The notes under the pieces: generated by a model
Database searches by the model: none
Seen by the model: only the letters and a program-made list of their open reading frames with translations
Told to the model about the DNA's origin: nothing
Shown here: piece after piece, positions 18,690-28,174 of the stretch
Layout of the letters: every line of letters begins with the position of its first letter
Position numbering within the stretch: position 1 is the stretch's first letter
Program-made: the position numbers and the translations under genes
From: a virus
Reading direction: 5' to 3' (one strand)
Length of the DNA: 64,000 nt
IMG/VR virus record: IMGVR_UViG_3300028840_003906

Positions 18690-18880
18690 GGATGCTGGAA
18701 GCTTTCGAGCTTTCTTCGGAGGTTGGAGATCAAGCGCTTACTGTGGACGAGCTGATGTTCATGGCGGCCGCGAGGAAACGAAAGGGCTGTGCGACGGTGC
18801 GGTCCACATTGACGGCTGATGACAGGCGGGAGGTGATCCGCCTTGGGATGAAGTGCAAACAGTGGAAGGAGCAGAACTGA
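18677..18880 (+). CDS. hypothetical protein
   Basis: coupled ORF. Confidence 0.5.
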   Translation: MAGIGMLEAFELSSEVGDQALTVDELMFMAAARKRKGCATVRSTLTADDRREVIRLGMKCKQWKEQN

Positions 18881-19233
18881 TGAAGAAGGAAGTAGCAGAG
18901 AAGAAGGTTGCAAAGAAGAAAGTCGCGAAAAAGAAAGTCGCGAAGAAGAAGGTCGCTGAGAAGGCCCCGAAGTTCGTGCCGCTGCATGACAACGTTCTGA
19001 TCGAAAAGGACAAGGCCGGTGAGGAGCGTAAGACGAAGGGTGGGCTCTTCATACCAGGTTCTGCGGACAAGCCGAAAAATACGGCCAAGGTGGTCGCTGT
19101 GGGGCCAGAGGTCGATGGGATCGTGGAAGGTGATACTGTTGTCGTCGGATCCTTCTCCGGGACAGACGTGGCGGTTGGAGAGGACGAATACGTCGTCGTC
19201 GGATTCTCCGACATCCTGGGCCTCTACAAATAG
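18880..19233 (+). CDS. groES: GroES co-chaperonin with N-terminal KKVAK repeats
   Basis: PLHDNVLI, KTKGGLFIP mobile loop, VVAVGP, GDTV, DILG. Confidence 0.9.
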   Translation: MKKEVAEKKVAKKKVAKKKVAKKKVAEKAPKFVPLHDNVLIEKDKAGEERKTKGGLFIPGSADKPKNTAKVVAVGPEVDGIVEGDTVVVGSFSGTDVAVGEDEYVVVGFSDILGLYK

Positions 19234-19300
19234 ACCGAATCCCGGTTGACAAATCTGCTAAAATGCAATAATAATAACCCTGTCGCAGAGTGCTGGCGAG

Positions 19301-19609
19301 ATGTCGGCGAGTGGCACAGAGGTTTTTATGAGGTATGAGGGGAACAGATTTTTGGAGAGCGATTGTGGAAGGATTCCAGTGGGACGTATTGTTCTTTGGA
19401 CTGTCGTTGCCATGGTGCTTTCTGGGTGGATCATTTCGGTGATCAGGATGGAGCCATTGAATCCGAACAGGGATCATGGGTTCGATGAGCGGAGGGATGC
19501 GCGGGATCTTTACGAGAGGGAAGTGACGGCGCTGGAGAGTATAGATCGATCGTTGAAAATCCTCTCAGCCAGTGTTGGTACGGGGCCAGGGAGAAGGGGT
19601 GGAAAGTGA
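19301..19609 (+). CDS. membrane hypothetical protein
   Basis: one hydrophobic segment. Confidence 0.55.
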   Translation: MSASGTEVFMRYEGNRFLESDCGRIPVGRIVLWTVVAMVLSGWIISVIRMEPLNPNRDHGFDERRDARDLYEREVTALESIDRSLKILSASVGTGPGRRGGK

Positions 19610-20004
19610 GCGCGAATACGAAGTACGGGTACTGCAGGGGGTGCGAGAAGTGGGTTCCGCGTGATGGGATGCTCTCAATCAATGTGACCGTTTACAACGA
19701 GCAGAACCAGGAGAAGAGAATACCTCTCCGGTTTTGCGAGAAGTGTCACAGCGAGAAGGAGGACGAGATCGAGAGCATGCGCTGGGACAATGTACTCCAT
19801 ACGGAGGCAGAGATTCAGGCTGATGTGGACCTGGCTGAGCGATCGGAACTTGACTTTGATCCGACGAAGTTGCTTGATAGGGCAGCTTCCGATGAGGAGC
19901 CTTCGGGTCCGGTTTTTAGAGATCCGGTCAAGCGCGATGTCGCCGGGGATGACTCAGAGGCAGCAATGCGAAAACAGGGGAAGAATGTCGATATGACCTA
20001 CTGA
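19606..20004 (+). CDS. CxxC zinc-ribbon protein with acidic tail
   Basis: CRGC...CEKC. Confidence 0.65.
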   Translation: MSANTKYGYCRGCEKWVPRDGMLSINVTVYNEQNQEKRIPLRFCEKCHSEKEDEIESMRWDNVLHTEAEIQADVDLAERSELDFDPTKLLDRAASDEEPSGPVFRDPVKRDVAGDDSEAAMRKQGKNVDMTY

Positions 20005-20051
20005 CGGTTCCCCATTTTGATGCGCCGCGCGATGCGGCGAGGAGGTTGAGA

Positions 20052-20531
20052 ATGAGCGAGTACAGAAGTTTTCTGGAGAAGGGCATAGAAACCCTGAAGA
20101 AGGAGCGTGCGGAGAAGGAGAGCAGGATCCGGGAGATCGATATCGAGATCCGCGTCAGGGAGGAGATGCTGGAGGGGGTTCCGGGGGAGAAGAAGGGGAG
20201 GTCGCGCCGGTTCAAGAGCGGAGAGGTCGAGAAGGCCGTCTTCGGCATTTTGCAGAGTTCTGGGAAGGCGATGACGTCGGTCGAGTTGGCTGAAAAGTAC
20301 CTGGAATCCGATGATGGCAACGGCAAGGACAGAGAGCAGGTTTTGCAGTCTTTTTCTGCTTTCCTGTCCTACCGGTTCAAGCTGGGAGTCGTGATTCGCG
20401 AGAAGGGGAGGATCCCGTATAGGTATTCGCTCCCTCCGGTCCAGATGGACATCGAAGATGGAAGCGGCCCGGATCCGGTCGTCAATAAAGAATTCGCGAA
20501 TCCTGGGATCGGCGAGGGTGGCGCGTCATGA
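20052..20531 (+). CDS. coiled-coil plus winged-helix-like protein
   Basis: GILQSSGKAMTSVELAEK pattern. Confidence 0.6.
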   Translation: MSEYRSFLEKGIETLKKERAEKESRIREIDIEIRVREEMLEGVPGEKKGRSRRFKSGEVEKAVFGILQSSGKAMTSVELAEKYLESDDGNGKDREQVLQSFSAFLSYRFKLGVVIREKGRIPYRYSLPPVQMDIEDGSGPDPVVNKEFANPGIGEGGAS

Positions 20532-21658
20532 CTCGTATCCTTGTGACAGGGGGACCGGTCGCCGCGAACCTCGATGCCGTGAAGCTGATCACGAATCGGT
20601 TCAAGGGTGGGCGCATGCTTGCTCTCGCGAACGAGCTGGCAAACGATGGTGCGCGAGTGACGTATCTCGCCAGCGAGATCCCGGGTCACATGCGCGTGCA
20701 TGAGAACTGCGAGTGGGTGAAGCACACTGGGTTCGACGACTACATGGAGAAGGTGTTGGCCATGGCGCCAGACTACGATGCTGTCGTTCTCGGGGCTGCG
20801 GTCGCTAATCTGATCCCGGATGAGCGTTGGAAGGAAATTGCATTGCAGGGCGGCAAGTTTCCGAGCCACAATTACTTGGAGGGAGATCCGGTGCAGGTTC
20901 TGATGAGGATCGCCCCTCGCGTTATCAATCGTGTTCATGCTGCAGCTCCAAGGACGAAGATCATCGGTTTCAAACTCCTGAGTGGGGTTTCGAGGAAGGG
21001 GTTGGTCGAGGCCGCGAAGATCACTCTTCAGGAGTCCAGGGCCAAGGTCGTGATAGCAAACGATGCCCGAAATCTGGACAAGAAGGTCATCGTGACTCCG
21101 GAGGGTGATCATGATCTGCAAGGTGAGCTTTCGCATCTCGTGATGGAGATCGCGTCTGATGAATACTACAGCACGGTCTCGGATTCAGGGATTGACACTT
21201 CGGACGAGGCCCTGGCGGCGATGGAGAGTTATGACGATCTGGCGAAGAAGGATCTGAAGATTCGATCACACGGGAGCGCATGGAATGGCATGATGTTTGG
21301 GTGCATTGCGACTCGCATAGAGGGCTCCGGCGATCCGAGTTTTGTGATTTCCAGCCGTGGGAAGGAACATCTTTCAGAGCGTTGTGTTGTGAGGTTTGTG
21401 GACCATGGGGCACGTCGAGTCTGTGTGGAGGGTCCGAAGAAGGCATCTTTGAATGCACCTCTTATTGACACGATCTTCCGTGAGTTCCCGTCGGCAAGGA
21501 CTGTGATTCATTACCACGAGGTGACGATCGACAGATGGGCGCTTCCGTATGCCCCGCCCGGGACGGTGCGGGATTCGGTTCGGGATTTGCCAGACTTGAA
21601 TACGAAAAGGTCGTTTGAGATTCGTGGCCATGGGACGTTTGTGATCATGGAGGATTGA
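20528..21658 (+). CDS. CoaB/DFP-like ligase domain fused to class II aldolase-like domain
   Basis: ILVTGGP...LDAVKLITN, AAVAN, IIGFKL, VIAND; C-terminal KKASLNAP...VIHYH. Confidence 0.8.
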   Translation: MTRILVTGGPVAANLDAVKLITNRFKGGRMLALANELANDGARVTYLASEIPGHMRVHENCEWVKHTGFDDYMEKVLAMAPDYDAVVLGAAVANLIPDERWKEIALQGGKFPSHNYLEGDPVQVLMRIAPRVINRVHAAAPRTKIIGFKLLSGVSRKGLVEAAKITLQESRAKVVIANDARNLDKKVIVTPEGDHDLQGELSHLVMEIASDEYYSTVSDSGIDTSDEALAAMESYDDLAKKDLKIRSHGSAWNGMMFGCIATRIEGSGDPSFVISSRGKEHLSERCVVRFVDHGARRVCVEGPKKASLNAPLIDTIFREFPSARTVIHYHEVTIDRWALPYAPPGTVRDSVRDLPDLNTKRSFEIRGHGTFVIMED

Positions 21659-21659
21659 G

Positions 21660-22316
21660 ATGGCAACCGAAGACTACATGGAGATGACCGGTGCTGAGTA
21701 CGAGCAGATGTATGCCCGTTTCCTGAGGAGGCCGGTGGACGAGATGCTTCTGGCTGCTGGGCAGATCGAAGGGATGATGGTGATGGATGTTTGTGCTGGT
21801 GGAATGCGCCTGAGCAAGCGTGCCTTTGAGCTTGGGGCTGACAGTGTCCTGGCGATTGATGCATCTGAGAAAATGATGTCGACTGGGCCTGATGGTGTGG
21901 CGAGGTCTGTTCAGGATGTTTCTGAGTGGAAACCGTCCTCGCACCCTGGTCTGAGGTGGCATCGTGTCTACTGCCAGCAGGGCATCAACTACTGGTTCGC
22001 TCGGGATCCGATTGCGAAGATTGCTCAGGAACTCCTTGATGATGGTGTGTTCATATTCAACACGTTCTCCAAGAAGCCGGATGAGGTTCCGGCCCGAAAG
22101 GAGTACATGATGAACGGGCACAATTTCGTCGAGGTGGGCTGGGTCGTCGGGGACACAGTGGTCCATGTTCAGACGCTCGACGACAGGAGTCACCTCTCGA
22201 CTTTTAAGTGGATATCCCATGCGGACTTCATGCGGATCCTTGGCGATTTTTTCGATGTACAGTGGCGCGACGATGGTCCGGCGAGGATGTACATTTGTCA
22301 AAAAAAAAGAAGTTGA
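21660..22316 (+). CDS. class I SAM-dependent methyltransferase
   Basis: VMDVCAGG...AIDASEKM. Confidence 0.8.
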   Translation: MATEDYMEMTGAEYEQMYARFLRRPVDEMLLAAGQIEGMMVMDVCAGGMRLSKRAFELGADSVLAIDASEKMMSTGPDGVARSVQDVSEWKPSSHPGLRWHRVYCQQGINYWFARDPIAKIAQELLDDGVFIFNTFSKKPDEVPARKEYMMNGHNFVEVGWVVGDTVVHVQTLDDRSHLSTFKWISHADFMRILGDFFDVQWRDDGPARMYICQKKRS

Positions 22317-22386
22317 CAAACGAGTGAAACGGGCTTATTACTGCATAACGATTCCGGTCGAGGTGGCTGGAGAAAGGTAGAGGAAA

Positions 22387-23172
22387 ATGCCAAGGAAAGA
22401 AGAGCCGGTCAAGGCGGTCTGCGATGGATCGAGGGATGGTGATACGACGGAAACACATCCGGCGTTCGGCCAGATCCTTGTTTCAAAGAGGAGTCATGGA
22501 GGGGCGTGTAGGCTCTACGGGACTCCGTTGGACTTTCATCCTAGCACGATCAGTATCACGATCAGGCATTCGGAGCGTATTCATGGGCTGTCACATGATC
22601 GGTACTATGCGCGTGGTTTGCCAATTACTGAGATCGAAATGTCGGCAGCGCAGTTTACTGAGATGCTCATGGGAATGAACGAGGGTGGCGGCATTCCTTG
22701 CACGATTCGGGCGACCGAGTCGGACCAAAACATCCCGGCGATTCCATTCGATGACATGAATGAGGTCGAGAGGATCGAGCAGCATTTCACGGATGACGTC
22801 GAAGAACTCAATGCGAAGGTCCGGAAGATGCGGGACCGGGCCGAGGAATTGCTTTCTCAGCCCAGGCTCAAGAAGGCGGACAAGAATGAGCTGCTCGGGC
22901 TGATCTCTCTGGTTCAGAGGTTCTACTGGGATCACTCTCCATTTGTAATGAAGTCCTTCCGTGAGTCGGTGCAGAATGGGGTCAATGTGGCCAAGCGTGA
23001 GCTGGATGCTTTCATTGGCGTCATGGCGCAGCAAACAGGAATCGATGCTCTTCGGAGCATGTCGGTTCCGGATCAGATGCGAAAACTGGCAGGTCCGTCG
23101 GATGAGCAGCAGCGACTCCCGGAGAAGCCAAACAACGATCCGGGCGAAGATTTCCCGGAAGAGGAGAAGTGA
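22387..23172 (+). CDS. phage hypothetical protein
   Basis: 261-aa ORF after TTGACA-17-TATTAC promoter. Confidence 0.75.
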   Translation: MPRKEEPVKAVCDGSRDGDTTETHPAFGQILVSKRSHGGACRLYGTPLDFHPSTISITIRHSERIHGLSHDRYYARGLPITEIEMSAAQFTEMLMGMNEGGGIPCTIRATESDQNIPAIPFDDMNEVERIEQHFTDDVEELNAKVRKMRDRAEELLSQPRLKKADKNELLGLISLVQRFYWDHSPFVMKSFRESVQNGVNVAKRELDAFIGVMAQQTGIDALRSMSVPDQMRKLAGPSDEQQRLPEKPNNDPGEDFPEEEK

Positions 23173-23174
23173 AG

Positions 23175-23975
23175 ATGAAAAAGGTGCATTTGTTGTTGAT
23201 CGATCCGCAGAACGATTTTGCGAACCCGTCGGGATCTCTGTTTGTCCCGGGGGCCGACCTGGACATGGAGCGCGTGTCCCAGATGATCAAGCGCGTCGGA
23301 GACAAGCTGGCGGACATTCACGTCACGCTGGACCAGCATCATCTCCTGGATGTCGCGCATCCGTCGATGTGGAAGGATCAGGACGGGAATCAGCCCGCCC
23401 CGTTCACGATCATCACGGCCGGTGACATTCGCAACGGAGTGTGGTCCACGGTGATGCCGTCCTTGACGGACCGTATGGTCGCGTACACCGAGGCGCTGGA
23501 GGCTGGGGGTCGGTACCCGCTCTGTATCTGGCCGCCACACTGCCTGATTGGAACACCGGGGGCCAACATCGTCGCGCCGATCCGGGATGCGCTCGACTTC
23601 TGGGTGGGACAGAGCCCGTCGACGGTCAACTTCGTGTCCAAGGGGTCGAACATCTGGACGGAGCACTACTCGGGCGTGAAGGCCGAGGTGCCGGATCCCA
23701 GTGACCCCACAACACAGCTCAACACGGGGCTGATTAAGGCCCTGGAAGATGCGGACGAGATTCTCATCGCGGGCGAGGCGGGGTCGCATTGCCTGGCCAA
23801 CACGGTGCGCGACATCGCCGACAACTTCTCGGATGACAGCTTCATCGCCAAGTTCGTGCTGATCGAAGATGGCACGAGCCCGGTTCCGGGTTTCGAGGAC
23901 ATGCAGGACAAGTTCATCGACGAGATGAAGGCGCGCGGGATGCGCACGATCAAGGCGGACGAGGTTCTTCGGTAG
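23175..23975 (+). CDS. pncA: nicotinamidase / isochorismatase-family cysteine hydrolase
   Basis: LLIDPQNDF, TLDQH, WPPHC, SKG, GEAGSHC. Confidence 0.88.
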   Translation: MKKVHLLLIDPQNDFANPSGSLFVPGADLDMERVSQMIKRVGDKLADIHVTLDQHHLLDVAHPSMWKDQDGNQPAPFTIITAGDIRNGVWSTVMPSLTDRMVAYTEALEAGGRYPLCIWPPHCLIGTPGANIVAPIRDALDFWVGQSPSTVNFVSKGSNIWTEHYSGVKAEVPDPSDPTTQLNTGLIKALEDADEILIAGEAGSHCLANTVRDIADNFSDDSFIAKFVLIEDGTSPVPGFEDMQDKFIDEMKARGMRTIKADEVLR

Positions 23976-24043
23976 CCCAGGCCGCAGGAGACGGAAGAAA
24001 AAAAGAAATGTCCCGAGATGGGGCACAACTGAAAGGATGAGAG

Positions 24044-24796
24044 ATGCCGAGATTGAATGACAACGCAATGGAAGAGAAGATCCTTCCCAACACCTCCTTC
24101 GGGTACAGCGCGACTCGGATCGAGGAGCTGGGGGCGACCGAGTACACCCTGGTGGATCTGGTGGTCGATACCAGCGGCAGTGTCGACGCCTTCAAGGGCG
24201 AGATGGAGGCCGCGATCAAGGAGGTGGTCAACGCCTGCAAGAAGTCGCCGAGGGCCGACAATCTGATGATCCGATTCGTGACCTTCGACGACGCCATGGG
24301 CGAGATCCACGGCTACAAGCTCCTGGAGAACTGCAACCTCTCCGACTACGACGGGGTCCTGCAGTGTGGCGGGATGACGGCGCTGTACGACGCCTCCGAG
24401 AACGCGGTCATGTCGGCGACGGACTACGCCAAGGACCTGACCGAGAACGACTTCGCGGTGAACAGCATCGCGATCTTCATCACCGACGGGTGCGACAACC
24501 GGTCGACGGTGAGTCCGGCCTCCGTCAAGAAGGCCCTGGAGGAGGCTGTGCGCGGCGAGGCGACCGAGAGCATGGTCACCATCCTGATCGGGGTCGGAGT
24601 GGGCTCCTACGCCGACGTGAGCAACGCTCTGAAGCGCTTCAAGGACGAGGCCGATCTGACCCAGTACGTCGAGACCAAGGACGCGGACGCCAACACCCTG
24701 GCCAAGCTGGCCGAGTTCGTGTCCAAGTCGATCAGTGCCCAGAGCCAGTCGCTCGGTACGGGCGGGGCGTCGCAGCCCATGTCGCTGAGCATCTAG
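24044..24796 (+). CDS. vWA (TerY-like) domain protein
   Basis: MIDAS VDTSGS, GMTALYDA, ITDG. Confidence 0.9.
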   Translation: MPRLNDNAMEEKILPNTSFGYSATRIEELGATEYTLVDLVVDTSGSVDAFKGEMEAAIKEVVNACKKSPRADNLMIRFVTFDDAMGEIHGYKLLENCNLSDYDGVLQCGGMTALYDASENAVMSATDYAKDLTENDFAVNSIAIFITDGCDNRSTVSPASVKKALEEAVRGEATESMVTILIGVGVGSYADVSNALKRFKDEADLTQYVETKDADANTLAKLAEFVSKSISAQSQSLGTGGASQPMSLSI

Positions 24797-24993
24797 TGCG
24801 TTGTGTTGCCTGCCAGAAGGAGATTCCTTACGGCGGAATTGCGATCAGTTTTGATGGAGATTTCGTCTGTAACCAGGATTGCAAGAGGCTGTACAGGAAG
24901 CAGATGGACTACCTGTGCAGCCAGATTCTTCCGGATGAGGGTCTCACGGAGCAGTACATCATGGGTAAGATCGATATCCCGGAGGATCTCTGA
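24796..24993 (+). CDS. small Cys-rich protein
   Basis: GTG overlapping stop; CVAC...FVCNQDC. Confidence 0.5.
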   Translation: MRCVACQKEIPYGGIAISFDGDFVCNQDCKRLYRKQMDYLCSQILPDEGLTEQYIMGKIDIPEDL

Positions 24994-25005
24994 AGGGGAG
25001 ACGTC

Positions 25006-26082
25006 ATGAAGACATCAGATGAAATTGAAAAAAGGTTCAAGAGTTCGATGCGCAAGGCTGCCATAGCAATTGGGGTTGTGATCACTTTGTTGGTGGTAAC
25101 CATCGTGATTCTTGCTGCCTCGATCTCTGCGGAGATAGATGCCTGCGGTGGTGTGGCTAAGTGCCTTGGGGGGGCTGTCAGGGAGTTCGACGACGCACGG
25201 AAGGGCGAACAGGTTATGCAGGTTGATCATGCTTTTGTAATTGGGGATTCACACAAGGTCTGCGAGGACTACGCGAGATCTGGATTCACGGATGACCGGG
25301 ATGAGCACCAGCCTCACATCGGATACGCTTTTTTGTCTGACGGCTGCTCCGGGAGCGATGACACTGATTTCGGGGCCAGGCTTCTGGTGTCTTCTGCGGA
25401 GGATTTCTTCCGGAGACGGCGAGACATCGAGGATTTGAACGACATGCGGAGCATCATCTTGAATGCTTCGTTCGCTCAGAGGTCTCTCGCGCTGAAGCAG
25501 GAGTGTCTCGATGCTACCCTTCTCGGGGTGTGGGCTGGTTCGAGGGTTCACATTCTTGGGATGGGGGACGGTCTCATCGTCATAAAGATGAAGTCCGGGA
25601 ATATCATCGTGTTCGACATCGAGTCGCCCTGCGGGTACCCGATCTACCCTTCGTATCTCCTCGATCGGTATCGCCTTCAGGGAGTGCAGAAGGAGATGCA
25701 GAAGGTTGAAGAGAAGGGGTGGCATGTTGGGTATACCTTCTTTGGCGAGGATGGCTTCGTGGATTACGACAAGCGATTCTTCTGGAGCAACAATGCAGCG
25801 GTCTTCATGCAGGAGTGGTCCCGGGATGATGAGGATGATCATGATGGGGACTGCATCGAGACGGTGGCCTTGTTCTCTGACGGCGTGAAGAGCTTCTTGG
25901 ACAGTAGACGTGAGACGGTTCCATGGGAGGCCGTTGTTCGCGAGATGATCGCATTCAAGGGCCACAGGGGGCAGTTTGTAAAGAGGCGGATGCATGGCTT
26001 CCTGCGCGCGTGTGAGCGAAGGGGATGGAGCCATCATGACGATGTCTCGATGGCGGCTGTGTACCTCGGAAGCAGTGGTTGA
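25006..26082 (+). CDS. PP2C-like phosphatase; N-terminal TM segment or internal start at 25216
   Basis: CEDY, LSDGCSG, GMGDG, SDG, HHDDVS. Confidence 0.88.
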   Translation: MKTSDEIEKRFKSSMRKAAIAIGVVITLLVVTIVILAASISAEIDACGGVAKCLGGAVREFDDARKGEQVMQVDHAFVIGDSHKVCEDYARSGFTDDRDEHQPHIGYAFLSDGCSGSDDTDFGARLLVSSAEDFFRRRRDIEDLNDMRSIILNASFAQRSLALKQECLDATLLGVWAGSRVHILGMGDGLIVIKMKSGNIIVFDIESPCGYPIYPSYLLDRYRLQGVQKEMQKVEEKGWHVGYTFFGEDGFVDYDKRFFWSNNAAVFMQEWSRDDEDDHDGDCIETVALFSDGVKSFLDSRRETVPWEAVVREMIAFKGHRGQFVKRRMHGFLRACERRGWSHHDDVSMAAVYLGSSG

Positions 26083-26152
26083 CAAACCGGAATTGTGATG
26101 CAATAGTGTCCTCAAGATCGCTGCCAAGGTGGCAGCAGAAGGAGTTCAGGGA

Positions 26153-27373
26153 ATGGAATCAATTATCACGAGTTTGCTGGACAACGACATGTACAAGTTC
26201 TCGATGCAGAGTGCTGCGTTCGAGCTTTTTCCTGATGCGATGGTCGAGTATGCCTTGATCTTCCGGCATGAGGCGGGGCTTCCGGCTGGGTTCAGAGTAT
26301 GTCCTTCGGGGTTTGTTGCGGAGCTTCGGCGCCAGATCGATGCGCTTTGCGAACTCAAGTTCGCCGAGGATGAGATTGACTATCTCTGTCAGATTTGTCC
26401 TTTCTTGAGTAGCGAGTATCTGGACTGGCTCCTGAAGTTCAAGTTGTCATCGCTGAATATTCGCGTCATGGACAACGGCGTGGCCATGCCGGGGATCAGG
26501 ATCCAGGGGTCTTGGATCGATACGATCCTCTTCGAGGTTCCATTGATGGCAATCATCTCGGAGTTGTACTTCAAGATGAGCCCGCCGTCTCGCAGGCGAC
26601 CGATTGCTGTCCTGGATCAGCAGGACATGGGAAAGGCTGTTGCTCTGTCTGAGGTGGCGCCGTTCGTTGAGATGGGAACGCGCAGGCGGTTTTCGAAGTC
26701 AAATCAGAAGCGTGTCGTCAGCATTCTGAAGAACTACGGTGGCATGAATTTCATGGGGACCAGTAATGTTCTTCTTGCGCGCGACCTTGGGATCAAGCCG
26801 ATCGGGACCATGGCGCACGAGTGGATCATGTTTCACGCGGCGGCATACGGGTACCGGTCAGCGAACCAGAAGGCCATGGAGGGATGGGAGGATGTGTTCG
26901 GTGAGAATCACGACATGCTCCTGGCCCTGACCGATACGTACACGACGGGGACATTCTTCGAGAACATGGATCCCGGCAACGGGATACCGACTGACATTTT
27001 TGATTGGAAGGGGTTCAGACAGGACAGCGGGGATCCTTCGGTCTTCATTTCGAGGCTCAGGAGGTTCTTCTTCGAGAACCAAGCTCCGATGGGGAACAAG
27101 ACGGTCGTGTTTTCGGATGGGCTGAGCGTCGATGATGTCCAGGGGATCCATGGCCAGGTCGAAGGCGACTTCAAAGACGTTTACGGGATCGGGACACACT
27201 TCTCGAATGATGTCGGTGCGAAACCGTTGAACATGGTCATAAAGATGACGGCTGCTGACCCATGTGGGTGCGGGTACATGATCCCAACGGTGAAGCTGTC
27301 GGATACCAAGGGGAAGCACACGGGGAGATCTGAAGTGGTCGAGAACTGCAAGTGGCAGCTTGGAATCGAATAG
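26153..27373 (+). CDS. pncB: nicotinate phosphoribosyltransferase
   Basis: LLDNDMYKFSM, ILFEVPLMA, EMGTRRR, GTSN, GTMAHEW, LTDT, RQDSG, VFSDGL, GIGT. Confidence 0.95.
   Translation: MESIITSLLDNDMYKFSMQSAAFELFPDAMVEYALIFRHEAGLPAGFRVCPSGFVAELRRQIDALCELKFAEDEIDYLCQICPFLSSEYLDWLLKFKLSSLNIRVMDNGVAMPGIRIQGSWIDTILFEVPLMAIISELYFKMSPPSRRRPIAVLDQQDMGKAVALSEVAPFVEMGTRRRFSKSNQKRVVSILKNYGGMNFMGTSNVLLARDLGIKPIGTMAHEWIMFHAAAYGYRSANQKAMEGWEDVFGENHDMLLALTDTYTTGTFFENMDPGNGIPTDIFDWKGFRQDSGDPSVFISRLRRFFFENQAPMGNKTVVFSDGLSVDDVQGIHGQVEGDFKDVYGIGTHFSNDVGAKPLNMVIKMTAADPCGCGYMIPTVKLSDTKGKHTGRSEVVENCKWQLGIE
26350..26363. promoter_or_regulatory. LexA-type box copy 7 (reverse, intragenic)
   Basis: CGAACTCAAGTTCG within pncB. 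Confidence 0.6.
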
Positions 27374-27382
27374 GAGGATCTG

Positions 27383-28174
27383 ATGGAAGAATATGTTCTG
27401 CGGGTGCTGGAGAGGGAGATCGACAATGTTGTCGAGTGGATTCGGAACTTCGTGAAGAATGCCGGTGCGGACGGCGTGGTGGTAGGGCTCAGCGGTGGAG
27501 TGGACTCTGCGGTTGTGGCTGCGCTGGCGGTCAAGGCGCTGGGGGTGGACAACGTGACAGCCTTGGCTCTCCCATGCGAATCGGACCCATCTGACCTGGA
27601 AGACGCGCAGTTGGTGGCCGATCATCTCGATCTGGGGTTGTCGGTCTACGATCTTGAGGTTCCATTCAATGTTTTCAGGGTCTATCTTGATGTGGACAAG
27701 TTCCAAGGGATCATGCCGGAAAACAACAGGCTGAAGAATGCGAACGGAAATCTGAAGGCTCGGATGCGGATGACGGCCCTCTACAACGAGGCGCTGCTGA
27801 GCAACTACCTGGTCATCGGGACTGGCAACAAGAGCGAGCTGGCGGTTGGTTACATCACAAAGTGGGGCGATGGCGGGGTTGACTTCGAGCCTCTCGGCGA
27901 CTTTTACAAGACGGAGGTGGTCGAGATGGCTCGGATGCTTGGGTTGCCGGAGCGGATCTGTTCTCGTACGCCGACACCGGGGAATGTGAAGGGCGTGACT
28001 GACGAAGGTGAGCTTGGGATGAATTACAAGGACCTGGACCTGGAGCTGAAGCGCATCAATAACATTCGACCGGAATGCATCTCGGGAGACCGAACAAAGA
28101 AGGTCGTCGATATGATCAAGAATGCGTATCACAAGAAGAAGATGCCTCCGTTCTTCGATCGGAGGTTGGGCTGA
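27383..28174 (+). CDS. nadE: NH3-dependent NAD+ synthetase
   Basis: GLSGGVDSA, NLKARMRM, GTGNKSE, TKWGDGG; no glutaminase domain. Confidence 0.95.
   Translation: MEEYVLRVLEREIDNVVEWIRNFVKNAGADGVVVGLSGGVDSAVVAALAVKALGVDNVTALALPCESDPSDLEDAQLVADHLDLGLSVYDLEVPFNVFRVYLDVDKFQGIMPENNRLKNANGNLKARMRMTALYNEALLSNYLVIGTGNKSELAVGYITKWGDGGVDFEPLGDFYKTEVVEMARMLGLPERICSRTPTPGNVKGVTDEGELGMNYKDLDLELKRINNIRPECISGDRTKKVVDMIKNAYHKKKMPPFFDRRLG

Noticed and set aside
26858-28132. Long minus-strand ORFs here and at 34481-36124, 53744-55168 and 61246-62625
   Set aside because: Shadows of GC3-rich plus-strand genes; no motifs or RBS
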